A stretch of DNA of 64,000 bases from Protoeuglena noctilucae (taxonomy: Eukaryota), in NCBI GenBank assembly GCA_958009085.1, contig OY253674.1:434001-498000 (forward strand). Direction: 5' to 3'. This document shows, piece by piece, positions 24,938 through 37,866 of the stretch. A program made the position numbers and the translations under genes. The notes beneath the pieces were generated by a model, which searched no databases, was not told the origin of the DNA, and saw only the letters and a program-made list of their open reading frames with translations. The first letter of the stretch is position 1; every line of letters begins with the position of its first letter.

Positions 24938-27929
24938 TCATTGCCAAGGGAGCTTGAACGTGACCTTGTCTCCCACCTCCACTCCCGCCCGTGCACCCAC
25001 GTTGACCTTCTCCCGCTCCACTGCCCCGTTGTGGCCCTTCTTCGGCAAAGGCCTCTCCACGGGGCGCCTCGCGCCCTTGGCCTCTTTGGCAGCCCGGGCC
25101 TTGGCTGCGGTCACCAAGGATGCTGACATAAGCGCACGGCTACCTACCAGGCATGCGCCAGTGGGTACTAACAGTCGACCCGGAGTCAAATCAGATGCGA
25201 CAGTACAGCAGATGATATGACCCACTGATATCCCATCGGTGGCCCCACTGAACACAACGCTTGTGCTCATCTCATCGCCCGTGCTCGAGACACGCACCGG
25301 CGAGTCGTCGCTCCTGCAGCCGCTTCCGCTCCTCCAGCCGCCGCTGCATCGACTTCTGCCGGTCGGCCCACCACGTGAGCGTCTGCGAGATGCGCACGTA
25401 GTCCTCCGGCATCTTCTCCCTCTTCATCTCCAGTTCATCCAGCTTGGCCTCCGTCAGCACGCTGTACTCCCCGGTCCTTGCAATGCCGTCCAGGAACTTC
25501 TCATCGATCAGAGGCTCCACCAGCTGCTCCAGATCCACCAGGGGCGCCTTGCCCGTCACGAATCGGTACTTGAGAGCCGCGTCGGCCGACGGACGCTTGC
25601 TCGGCTCGTACTCCATCAGCTTGCTGCGGGGCAGGGGCAGCGCGCGGGGTTTGTGCGCGCGTCGTGATTGATTGCGCGTTGGGACGATGACACACGCGGC
25701 TGCGCTTGCTGCAGGGCCAGGGGCGCTAGGAGGGTCGGTATGAATGTCGTGACAGAGCGTCGGGATAATGACATGACGCGTGTTGCTGCGCTTGCTGACA
25801 GCGTCACTCACCACAGCAAGTTCCACCCAGCGCCGTTGTCCAGGTCGAGGATCTCGAAGCCCTCACGGAACGCGCCTGGCTTGCCATCGAGGGACGCCCT
25901 CCATCGGCGCAGATTCCACCCATACTGCTTGCTGAGCTTCTCCTTGAAGTCGACGATGGCGTCGTCGTTCCTCAACGGCGCAAACACCATCTGCAAGAGG
26001 ACCATGCCGGTGCTGCGGGGAAGGGAGGGCTACGGACGTCGACGTGCTGCTCACAAAGCCCGCCGGCGGCAGCTGAAGCGTCAACGGGGTGCCTGGCAAT
26101 GTCAGCGCAGTCAGTGTTGCTGGGAGGGCTGCGAGGGTCACGCGCGCTCACCTGAAGGAGTCGAATCGGTCAGGGGAGTTGACGACCCAGAGCACGGGGC
26201 TGAGGAAGGCGGCGACGGGGGCCGGCGGGGCCGGAGGGGTCGTCTGGCTCATCATGTACTGCTGCGGCGGGCAGAATCGGGGGTCCAGCAGGAAAACGTC
26301 CGGCTGGTAATTGATGCCCACGCGGAGGTCAGCAGCCGCTCCCAGGTCGATGAGCTTGACGCGGCCGGCGTCGACGGAGATGATGATGTTCTGGGGCTTG
26401 ATGTCGCGGTGCACGATGCCCTGGGAGTGCAGGTCCCTGGGAGGGAGAAGCACAGCACGCGGGGTTGGCAGGGTGCCGGTCGTGAGGTCGTGCTTCACAG
26501 TGCACCTCGTGTAGCTCTCGCTGTGCAGAGGTGGCTGTACCTGCCGCGCTCCATTCGCAGCAAGGCAGCTGCGACCCCACTCGTTCGCGTCCCACCTGAG
26601 GTTCTCCAGGAGCTGCCCCATGACGGTCTGCAGCACGACTTGCTGGCGGCGCGGGCTCTTAGGCACATTGAGCTCCCGACGAAAGAGCAGGGGCTCCAGG
26701 TTGTAAGGGAAGTTGGGCTTGTTCTGCGGGCCAGGCGGAGTCAGCATACATCACACGCTTCCATGCGCGGGTGCCACCTCCTGTCACGCGTGTTGATCAA
26801 AATGGAACGGCGACTCGCCATGAGCTCCCCCAAAGTGAAGTCCCCCTCGTACTTCCAGGCGAGCCAAAGCACGTCGTCGCCCTCGTCAAACGCCTGAATG
26901 AACTCCGCCACGGCCCCCGGCTTGGACCGACTCAGGCGCTCGTTCATCCACACCTGCGGCACAGCCCTCACCGGGGTTTTGCCATGTGCCCGGCAAACAC
27001 CACGGCTCCTCGCGCACGGGCCTTCGCACATCCACCGCACCTCTGCCTCCCCAAAGTCCTTGGCCTTCTTCAGAATGACGTCCTTCTCGCTTCCAGTGGT
27101 TGGGTCCACCAGTGTGGCGCGATACACCTCCCCAAAGCCCCCCGTCGCGATCTTCCGGCCCATGCGGAAGTCCTGAAGCGTCAGAGGGACCTGCGGGGAG
27201 CGGACAGGTGCGTGGGCGACGGGCGCAACATGCTCCGGCCCAGCAGGCATGGCGGATGGCTGGGCTGTCTCGCTGGGCCGCAGAAGCTGTCCTACCTGCG
27301 ATCTTCGTTGCCGAGCCGCGAGGACGTACGTGTCCCATGCGCCCTGGAGCACCCCCGGCGTGGCCGTGAGGTAGGCCAGGGTGAGACCGAGGCCCACAAA
27401 CACGATAGGGTCGACCTGGCGGAACTCCCCTCGCAGCGCAGGATCCAGCGTGGACCTGCAGCGAAGGTAAAGAATCATTGTCACGGCGGCAGAGGCACCG
27501 AGCGGGGCGCAGGAGAGGCGCGCGGCCACTCGCCGATGAAAAATATCGCCGCAGTTCATGGTGGAGCAGGGGAGAACCACGCGCTCGTAGGCGAGGGGCG
27601 CATGCTCGGCAACGGACCGCATGGCATCGCCCAAATGGGGCGCGTGATCTGCGGGGCACCAGAGGGTCGCGCGTCGCCGGGCCGCCCTGTCATCTGCGCT
27701 GGCACGGGCGAGGCGCACCGCAGGGCGCCGAGCCCGTGCAAGGGCGCCGAACGCGCCCGCCGACGCGAAACGTTCGTTTTTGCGCGGATCGCTCGCCTTG
27801 CAGGTGAAGCAGGAGGTCGAGAGGCTCGAGCAGGGCCTGCGCCCTACGCACAGCGCGTTGACCCGGCAGGGGCGCGCACGCCCGGCCCGATGGCGAGCAG
27901 CGACCCAGTCGGCAGCTTGGCCCTGCCAT
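24938..27929 (-). CDS. STT7: Chloroplast state-transition Ser/Thr kinase STT7/STN7
   Basis: A transit-peptide exon is followed by the Cys pair PCSTMNCGD and a TM ending YLTATPGVL. Kinase motifs: [49 protein letters not shown] and SPVLW...PDRFD. Confidence 0.92.
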
Positions 27930-28773
27930 GCTGCTCCTCATATCCGCCATTTGCTGCCGGCCTGGCCGGTCGCCCGGGTGGCGCAGCCTGGCTCCGTGCG
28001 AGATTGTGAGTCCCAAATCCCGCCTGCCTGGACAAAAGCCGATGCTGGAGCGACGCCGCCCTGCGAGAACGCCACCGTTTACGACAAGGGTGAGCGCGGC
28101 ACGGCCCCTAGGGGCTTCCCCGGGACGAGGGCGCAGGGAGGAGAGGGCCTCAGTGCAGCGAGCGAAAGCGCGACGAAGGGGTGCGCCCGGCAACGATCGT
28201 GCACCCATCGGATAAATTCATTGCGACCGACACCACTCGACACGGCCGGGGCGCCTCGCCTGGAGAAAAATCTTGGGTCGCGCTTTCCGAGACCGGGGAG
28301 AGACCGATCGAGCGACTCGATACTTGATGTCGATCATTCACGAGTGGCGCTTTGAATGGACCGGTCTCGCTCATCTCAAAAATCTGGCGCTGGAAAAGCG
28401 TTTCGTGTCAGCGTGTCGCTTGCGGCCCTGCCATCGCGGCTGGCATGGAGCCTTCGATCGCGAGGGACTGTCGGGAGCGGCGCAGGCGTCACTCTTGCTG
28501 ACTGTGGTTCTTCTCCGAGGACAAAGGCCCTTGTTAAACATCTGCATCTCAGAAGTGAATTTGGAGGCAGTCACGAGCGTGGGCTGGCTTCGGCATTCCC
28601 TGGGGATCTCCACAGCGCGGGGTTCTGGGCAAGCGTGGTACGCTGTGGCGTGCTGGCGCGGGAACGCGGGAAGGACGCACGATGGTGGACACCGGGGCGG
28701 GGTGAGCACGGCATTGTATACAAGACACACAGGGGAGGCCCAGCGACGCCTCGTTCGTCGCAGCCGCGGAGGG

Positions 28774-30459
28774 ATGGCCGTCCACGCCGCGACTCAACGC
28801 AGGGGCGATGCCGGGCCGTCCGGAGCGGGGAAGGGCGTAAACTTGCCTTGGGTGGAGAAGTATCGTCCCGTCAACATACAGGATGTGGTGGGCAACCAGG
28901 AGGCCGTCTCACGACTGCAAGGCGAGGCGACCTGCGCTGGGGCTCGCCCGTGCCCGGGAATGCCTCCCGCCCGCCAGACACCCCTCCCTGTCCTCGCTGC
29001 AGTCATCGCGGAGCAAGGGAACATGCCGAATATCATTCTCAGCGGCCCCCCAGGGACAGGTGCGTGCCCAGCAATGCCGCGCTGCTTGTGCCTGCAGCTT
29101 TGGCGCTCATGCCGGCCCTTGCTTCGCACCCGGCGCAGGCAAGACCACGTCCGTGCACTGCCTCGCGCGTGCGCTGCTGGGCTCTGCCTACAAGGACGCG
29201 GTGCTGGAGCTGAACGCGTCGGACGAGCGGGGCATCGACGTCGTCCGCAACCGCATCAAGATGTTCGCGCAGTCCAAGGCGACGACGCGCCTGCGCCACA
29301 CCCGTCTTGCGCTCCACCGACTCCCGCGTTCTCGCGCCGCACCCCACCCTTGGGACCCATGGGCTTTCGAAGCGAACGCGTGTGCAGGGTGCGCTCTCCG
29401 CAGGTCACGGTGCCACGAGGTGCGCACAAGATCGTGATCCTCGACGAGGCGGACGCGATGACTTCCGGAGCCCAGCAAGCCCTGCGGCGCATCATGGAGA
29501 TCTACTCGTCGTCCACGCGCTTCGCGCTGGCCTGCAACCAGTCGTCGAAAGTCATTGAGCCCATCCAGTCGCGGTGCGCCATCGTCCGGTTCACGAAGCT
29601 CAGGTGCGCCCACCTGCCGCAGTGCATTCCTTGAGTTGCCCAGTATTGAGTGATGGATGGGCGCTGGTAGCAACTGCGACCGTTTTTGGCGACGGCCGGT
29701 CCGCTTGAGTGCCCGCAGCGACAAGGACGTCCTGGACAGGCTCATGAGGGTGTGCCAGATGGAGGGCGTGAGCTACGACCCGCGCGGTCTCGAGGCGCTT
29801 GTGTTCACGGCAGACGGAGACATGAGGCAGGCCTTGAACAACCTCCAGTCGACGCACAGGTGGGGCCCGGCGATGGCTGTGACGCGGCAGTGGAGTGCTG
29901 GCAAGCGCGTGCCTGCTTGTGCGGTCGACAATTCATGACTCAGCTGCCACCGCGCTTGCCTGCCTGCGTTGCATCCGTGAGGCGCCCCGGCTGCGCCCCT
30001 CCGCAGCGGTTTCGGACACGTGACGCAGGAGAGCGTCTTCAAGGTCTGTGACCAGCCGCACCCGCTGGTGGTGGCCGGCATGATCAAGAGCTGCCTCGAG
30101 CAGCGCTTTGACGACGCCTGCAAGTCCCTCGGGCAGCTCTGCGACCAGGGCTATTCCCCAGGTCCGTCGCTGTCACTGACACGCCCGTTGCTGCAAGCGG
30201 ACCAATGCGTGCGACACTGGACACCGCCGCAGGCGCTGACCTCTCAACGCGTCTCGGGCCTCTCATCGCAGTGGACGTCATCACGACCGTCTTCCGTGTC
30301 ATCAAGAATTACGATATGCCCGAGTTCCTCAAGCTGGAGTACATCCGTGAGACTGGCTTTGCGCACATGCGCATCGGAGACGGCATCAACTCGAGGCTTC
30401 AGCTCATTGGGCTGGTCGCCAAGCTGTGCAAGGCGTCAAGCAAGGCGCGCAAGCAGTGA
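28774..30459 (+). CDS. RFC2: Replication factor C small subunit 2 (yeast Rfc4 orthologue)
   Basis: Motifs: [72 protein letters not shown] and HMRIGDG. Confidence 0.95.
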
Positions 30460-30559
30460 GAGGGACCAGCCACCCCATTCAAGATGGTCTTTGAATGAAC
30501 AACACGACGTTACTGTTGACTTCGATATCTCACGCTCAAAGTGCAGCCGTTTGGTACTG

Positions 30560-32265
30560 TCAATCTTCACTGCCCTCCGCGCCCTCGTCGTCTCCGCTGT
30601 CCTCTGCGTCCCCCTGTCCCTTCTGCACCGCAACCACCGAGTTGTAGTGCTCCCCGAGGCCGTAAGCGTGCTTGAGGTAGCACACCGTGATCTCGGGCCC
30701 CTCGCCGAGGCGCAGCGTCGGCATGCCCACGCTGTGCACGGTGATCTGGCGCCCCAGCGCCTGCGCCAGAGCCTGCAGCTCCAGCTGCCCGCCCCAGGCG
30801 GCCGTGTCCGCCACGTCTCGCAGATACTTCTCCCATGCCGCCTCCTCGTCCTCGTCCTGCGCAAAAGGCGGCATGGAGCGTCCAATAATGCCGCGGAGCG
30901 GTGCGACCGACACCCACATGCACACCCGCAGCTGTGCAGCACAGCGCAAACTGGCAATCAGCGTTTATAGCTGCACATTTCTCACCTCCACGTCGTCCAG
31001 CTCCGCAAAGGGCAGGAAGTCGTCCCGGTGGTCCCTCATAAACGTGGCCGCCATCTTTCGCAGCTCCAAGTAACCCGGCCCTTTGCCCTCCGACGTCCTG
31101 CGACGTTGCGTGCACGAGCGATGGCCGTGATGCTGCAGGAATCCAGCGCCCCAGCGGCCCACAGGGCTCAACGCAGCTCGGGGCCTCGCTCACCGGATCT
31201 GATGCTCTATGCTGCGGTACATGCAGTGCCCGTCGGGCGGGATCTCGAACATCCGCAAGCCGAGCGGAGCAAGGAGACCGAGCAACTCCCTCTGCTCCAT
31301 CATCCTGCACACCAGAGCGCGCAGAGGGTGGCTGATGACCCACAGGCGTACTGCCCCGGTGGCGGCGGCACTGCCCTAAGCTGCAAAGAGCATCCCCCAT
31401 CCTCGCGCACCGCTTCGTCTCCCCAAGATTCGCAAGCTCTTCCTTGATTCGCGCCTCCCTCTCCGCCTCCTGCTCCGCCAACTTCTCACGCCTCCTCTGT
31501 CCCTGCAGCCCAGCAAGGCTCTTGACCTTGCCTCGATACACGCCCAAAGAGCGTAGTCGCCAAGCTCTCAGGTCGCATGCCCGTCAAGCCGAGCGTAGAT
31601 CGCAAACGCGTCTGCTCTCTGTCACACACACCTTGGATTTCTTGCGTTCGCCGTGGTCCTCCTCCCCAGCGCCTGCCCCGTACAGCGAGAGCCCCGCGAC
31701 GCCCGCCTCCGCTCCCGCCGCCCTCCTTTCCTGGCTCTCGTTATCCCTGTCGAAATCCTGCAGCTCCCGCGCGTGCCTCGCCGCCATCTCGTCCTCCAGT
31801 CGCTTTCCGTCGTCCTTCGCCTTCTTGCCCATCTTCTTCAGCTGCGCCTTCAGGTCCCTGGGCATTGACACGGAATGATAGCATTGTTCCTGTGTGGCTG
31901 AGCGCGTCAGCATACGCCGCGGCGCGAAATCGCGGCTCGAAACTCGGCGCAACGACAGCCGGGCCTCACCGCAGCTCCTTCTTGTGCCTCTGAAGCATCT
32001 TCCCGCGAGTCTCGGGTCCATCGCCTTTCTCAGAGCCCCCCTCATCGCTGCCGTCCTCTTCGTCGCCGCTCGCTGGGTCCAGCACGGCCACCGCAGGCTT
32101 GGCCGCGCGGGCCGGACCGTCCTTCGCCGGCTCCGCTTTCGCGGGCCTGACCTCGTGCTTCCCCTTCACAGGCTCATCGACAGCGTCCTCATCGTCGAGG
32201 GCAGGGCCGCCGCGGGCGTGCTGCGAGGCCAGCACGGCGCGCTTGCTCCCTCCCTTCTTCCCCAT
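30560..32265 (-). CDS. OTU-domain deubiquitinase (OTUD6B/Otu2-like)
   Basis: N-terminal MLQRHKKE coil, catalytic IPPDGHCMYRSI, WGGQLELQALA and HAYGLGEHYNSV. Confidence 0.9.
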
Positions 32266-32475
32266 ACTGATGCTCGCTGATACTCGACCCGATGACACGA
32301 CCTGTCCACTCTGTGTTGGAGTTTGAGGCACAAATAACCGACGCATGCTCCGATGGCCCGCGCATTTGGCGTGCCAGCGGGCATGCCCTGCTAGTTTGCG
32401 TTGCGTTTTCATCTCCTTGCAAAGCCCCCGGGTTTCTCGTGACTGTGTGCATTTCTACCATCTCAAGCGGACCTC

Positions 32476-35400
32476 ATGGTGTCCCTGCAGCCATGGGTGG
32501 GCCACGTGTGCCCTCCTCGGGTGCGTCCTCCCCTGCGCCCTTTGCCGGCCTTGCGCCGAACCCCAGTGCGGGGCCTGCACCAGCATAGCCGATGTGCGAA
32601 AGCGTCTGCGAGAGCGGAATGGGACGACGGCCCGGAATTGGCGCCGGAGGACGTGGCGCGGTCGATCCGGGAGGCCACGGGGCAGCAATGGGGCAGCGGG
32701 GCCCCGCGACGCGCCGATGGCGCGCCATCGACACCCTTGGCTAGCAGCGAGGTCCGGAACTTTGCGGAGATGATGCGGTCGGGTATGTTCTCGCATCTGT
32801 ACGCGACGACGGACGTGGAGGGCACGATCCGGCGCGCCGTGAACAGCGGGGAGCTGGGCAGCGACGTCCTGGATCGGATCGAGATGCTTCCGGGAACTCA
32901 GAGGCTCATCGACTTCTACGAGCGGTCAGAGAGCCTCGCGGCGTTCCACGGTGCTCTGCGCAAAGGCGTCCTGCCCCGCCCCAGCGAGATGACTTGGCCC
33001 CAGGAGCCCTTCCGGACTCAGTTCCTGCAGGCGCTCTCAGGTGCGCACTGATGCTCCCGAAATGGGTGATGTGGCTGGGTGACGTGGCAGGTTGCTGAGC
33101 ACGCCGGTGCGTTCGGCGGGGACCGCGCTTGCAAACCAAGGCTGCTCCCGTTTCCGCAGACATGGAGATGCCGCGCTTCTGCAGGAAGCACCCGAAGCTC
33201 ATGGCGCCTCTGTTCGACAAGATGGTGGACATGGTGGGGAAGTTCGAGGGCAAGCTGCTCGAGCAGCAAAGCCGCGCCGAGCAGGAGCGGCAGAAGCAGG
33301 AGCGGCAGCAGCAGCAGCAGGCGGCACAGGGGAAGCAGAAACCCGACAACGAGGTCAGTCGCGTGTGTTCTCGCTTTGGAAGGCCATGCTGGGTCTCTGT
33401 TTGGATTCCATCGTCTCGTCGTCTGCTGATGAGGCGGATGCGCCTGGCATGGTCACTTTCAGATGCTGGCATTTGATTGCGTCTCTGCCAGGGCACCCGC
33501 AGGCCCAGCAGAGTGACCAGGGCGGTGCGCCGGGGGATGACACGGACGGGGACGGCACGGCGCAGGGCGGTGGGGAGCCACCGACGCTCGAGAAGCTGCA
33601 GAAGATGATGGAGGAGGTGAGGGGCGACACACTCAGACAGACGGGCAGGGCAGGGGAGCTTGCTGAGTCTTGCCATGCCTGCGCTCTCCGCCACCTCCTG
33701 CAAATCGAGAGCTGTGCTTCGTTCTGCAGCTCCATAACAGGAAGCCCAGCGCTGCGGGGGACCAGGAGGAGGACGATGGCAGGAAGAAGCAGAAGCTGAA
33801 CGTGCAGCTGGAGTCGATGGACGGGAAGCCGACGGCGGGGGATAAAGCGAACGAGGAAGGTGCGGGGGGGGGGGGGGGGGTGGTGGAACGGCGGAGTGAT
33901 GCGTGGGGATGCATGTGGGTATGATGCAAAGTATGGCTGCGTCTTCCTGAACTCGCCTCATCTTGCACAGTATTGCTATGTCCGCTTCGTGACGATGGCG
34001 TGCCCGCAGCCGCTGCCGCGATGAAAGCCATGGCGGAGGAGCTGGCGAGCGAGATCCTGGACCAGTTCCGTGAGGAGTGGGGCAAGATGGCGGAGGCGAT
34101 GGGGGAGGCGGAGGAGGCGTTTGACGACATATCTGAGCTCTTCGAGGGCCGCACTGGGTTCGACCTCAGCCTCAGGTGACGCCCAGGCCTGGAGGGTGGC
34201 GCTCGATCCGTCTGTGTTGTCATCATAGGTTGCGGCATTGTCACATTCAGCACCCCACCCGTCCGCGTACCCATCACCCACGGCAGCACCATTCAGTGCA
34301 GCACCCTCTCGGTCTGCATGCTCTTCTGTTGATGTCCGTGCATGACTGCTGCCAGTTTACTTCTTTGCTGCAGCGTGTGGAAGCGCACGGAGTGGCGCGA
34401 GGTCCGGGAGCTGAGAGAGATGCTGGAGAATTTGAAGGAGCTGAGAGAGCTTGTGAGGTCTCTGGGGAGGGGCGGGGGCCGCGGGCCCATCCGCAGGGCG
34501 CCCAAGGAGGTGAGGGGGAGGGGAGGGCGAATGGTGCTGACGACAGCTGAGTGATGCAGCTGTTCGGGGTTATGATGTGGGGATAGATGTCACACATGGT
34601 CACTGTCGTGCGCCACGTGAAGCGACCCGCATCCTTCACATGTAGCCCCCCTGTGCATGCCTGCAGGTCTCCAAAGCGAAGCTCCCGCCAGGCGTGGTCC
34701 ATTCGGAGCTCTGTCCCGAAGAGACCCGCGGCCTGACTCGATCGGGGGACCTGTCGCGGATGCTGCCGGCAGAGGCGGCCCTCATGGCAGCGGGGTGGCC
34801 CAAGGGCAGCGACGCCCACGGGGAGGGCGCGCGGTGAGTCACGCCGGGCCCCATGCTCATGTGCTGCTGTGGCTCTCTTAAAGGCGCGCCTAGTCACGTC
34901 ATCTCCATCACCAGGCCCGTTTCCTGCTGCTGTGGAGCTGTGCAAGCGTTGACAGGGCATGGACCTCACTGCGCCCACTGACATTGCAGGGGCAACCGGG
35001 GCGCCAGGCTGCTGCACCTCGCCCGGCGCGCCGAGCGCACGCTGCTGAGTTACGAGCGGAGTGGGTGGCTGGACGATGAGCCGAGCCGCGTGACGGACAT
35101 CCTTGAGGTGGGGGACTCTCAGCCATTGCAGCGGCAGCAGTCTCACGCTTCCCTTACAATGCGCACGGAACCGTTCGCAACACCCGTTCCCGCTCGCCGC
35201 AGATGCGCCCAGCGGCCGAGATGGGCCCGATCATTCTGTGCCTGGACACTTCAGGGTCCATGGTTGGGGGCCGGGAGAAGATCGCCAAGGCTCTGGCCCT
35301 GGAAACGCTGCGAGGCGCCCACCGCCAGCGCCGGCAGGCCTACTTGTACGCCTTCTCGGGCCCCATGCAAGTGCAGGAGCTCGAGCTCAAATGTGACACC

Positions 35401-36055
35401 GTCAGCCTCGGGCCGCTCCTCGACTTCCTGTCGCACTCCTTCAACGGCGGGACAGGTGCGTGGGTGCTTGTTTGCGGAACGGTTTGAGGTACTTGTGGGC
35501 TTGGTGGTGGACGTAGTCGTGACGTGTTGGTGGAGGTGCCAGCGTGCCCGTGGGCCGTCTGGGCGCACAGCCGTTCCCAATTTCCCTGAGAGAGCCACGG
35601 TCGTAATCTGAGAGACTCGCGCCTTTCCACCCGCAGACGTGGATCGCCCCCTGGAGCTGTCCCTGCAGCGCCTCCAGGACCGTGGCTGGGACCGAGCCGA
35701 TATCCTGATGGTGACAGGTGACACGCGCCGCGTAAGGGGCGTGTTCAAACGCCGAGCCTGATGGACGGCAGGGTCGTGCCGGAGCACAGATTCCGATGCT
35801 TCCATCGCCCTCTGCATGCACGCGCTGGGCCAGACTGGCGACGCGACATGTGCGATTCTTCACGCAGACGGGGAGATCCCGCGACCGAGCGAGGACCTGC
35901 TTTCCAAGCTCGGCGTTTTGAAAGTCGACACCGGCCTCGAGGTGCACGGGCTGCTGGTCGGGACCTCGGTCACGGAGCCCATGAAGGAGCTCTGCACGCA
36001 CTTGCACGTCTTCAAAAGCTGGCAAGTCGTCGAGGCGAAGAAGAGGCGGATGTGA
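32476..36055 (+). CDS. ViaA/YieM-like von Willebrand A domain protein
   Basis: Motifs: LRELVRSLGR, GLTRSGDLSRMLPAE, MIDAS GPIILCLDTSGSM, FNGGT|D and ADILMVT|DGE. Confidence 0.82.
33864..33880 (+). repeat. 17-nt poly-G run just inside an intron 5' end
   Basis: The sequence reads GAAG|GTGC(G)17TGG. Confidence 0.9.
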
Positions 36056-36241
36056 CGGGTTAGATCGGCACCATGGACGTAGTGGCGGTCATTCAGCCAG
36101 CACTCGTTGCCCTGTGCTGCGCAGCGCTGCGACGGGCGTGGAAGCGTCGCAGAGCTGTTTGAAAACGAATGAAAGGAATGAGACTGCGGTTCGGGTAGGG
36201 AAAACAAAGGATAGCATGCAACCACCGTCTCAAGGCCGGGC

Positions 36242-37627
36242 CTAGTTGCCCCCTATGCCCTCGTCCCCTGCGGGCCCCGCCTTGCTGCAAGGAGCGTGTC
36301 CCTGCTCTTCTCCCTGCTTCTGTCCCTTTGACACAACTCCAGCCAGGAAATCCTCCACGGTCGTTTGAACGTGCTGCACGCGCGTCTCATCCGAAGCCTC
36401 GGGGCAGGCGGTGCAGAGGTTGAAGAGGCAATCGGGGTCCGGGTTCACCACCACCTGCGGCAGCGACGCGGGGGCGTGGCGGGAGGGGCGCGGGCGCGAG
36501 GCCGCGCTCGGGGAGCGTGCGGGGGCGTGGCACCTGAAGCACGTTCGATGGAGAGAAGGCAAGGACACGACGGAAGTATTCGCAGGTCGCACTCTGCTCG
36601 AAACTCACGCCCAGCCACAGGACGGCGTGGCTGACCGACACATCAAGCTCTGCACAGGGACCAGAGGTGGCACCTGTTGGTGGGAACTCAGAGTAACACA
36701 AGAGGGTTGCTGGGCTCTGGCGAGCCCAGCATGGCGTTGTCTGCCCGTCCGCAACGCGCATGGCTCACTCATGACGCGAAATATCGATTCCGGCGACAGT
36801 TTCTCGCCGCTGATGTCGTCGTAGAGCAACACAGCAGGCCGCAGCAGGTCCATGTCGCACATAGGGCACGGCACGTATTTCATATCCTCGAAACGGCAGG
36901 CGAGCTCCTCGTCCATGGGCTCGCGGTGGCCGCAGGCTCCGCAGAAGACCTCGTGCAGCGTCCCGTGCAGCTCGTGCAGGGTGCCCCACTCGCTGCAACG
37001 CTCGGACCAGGGTGCGTCCGTCTGGGCGCCTGCGAGGCACTCCTCCAGGCGCAGGCGGTCCTCTCCAGCGCGCAGTGAGAGCCCATCGATGTTCATCGTG
37101 TAATGCCGCACGAGGCGACCGGAATTCTGCAGCTCTTGAATGCGCGCGTGGGCAGCACCGGGCGCAGATGCCGCAGCGGTGCGCCAAAGGCTGGCCAGGA
37201 AGGCGCGGAGGGCCTGCGGTCGTGGACAGGCGATGGGCCTTGAGCTGAGGTAACACTGGGACGAGTCACAACACCCTCAAGTCACGTGCCTCGGGATGCC
37301 GCTCATACGTTGTGTAGCTGAAGGCCTTCCAGCCAGGCTGCCCCGAGGCTATCCCCATGGATGCCAGCGCCGCGGCGTAGATGCCATTCTTCTGCGGGAC
37401 AGCGGCGAGGGGCTGCGCTGCGTGAGGCTGAGCGGAGGTGTAGGCCACGCTGCGAGCAGGACGCGGTGACGCGCCTCGGTGAACGTGGGGATCCCTGACG
37501 AGACCGAGATGCCAGCGCCCGAGAATATGGTCAGCTTCGCGTGGCTGAGGAGCTCGTGCAGCGGCGCACGGTCGCTCGAGGTGTCGTGCGCCTTTCTCGC
37601 GCGCTTGGAGCGGCGCGGAGGCTCCAT
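36242..37627 (-). CDS. Sirtuin (SIR2-family NAD-dependent deacylase)
   Basis: Motifs: FSGAGISVSSGIPTF, HYTMNIDGL, ELHG, zinc pairs CGAC...CPMC, LRPAVLLY and VVNP. Confidence 0.88.
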
Positions 37628-37866
37628 GCGGCGCGTCAAGCCATTCCTTTTGCTCCAGATTGCTGCGTCTTCAGACCATTCGCTACATCGGGGCCAAGAA
37701 GAGGGAGTTATCGTGCCAGTAGGTCGCATACTGTGCCGTGCCAATTGCATGTATTCAACGCCCCTTCAACCATTTGACTGCATGCGATAAACTGGCCTAA
37801 AGCAACTGCCCACCAATTCACGTCCAGGGTCAGCGGACGCGCGTCTCTGCGTTATGGAGGCGCCAT

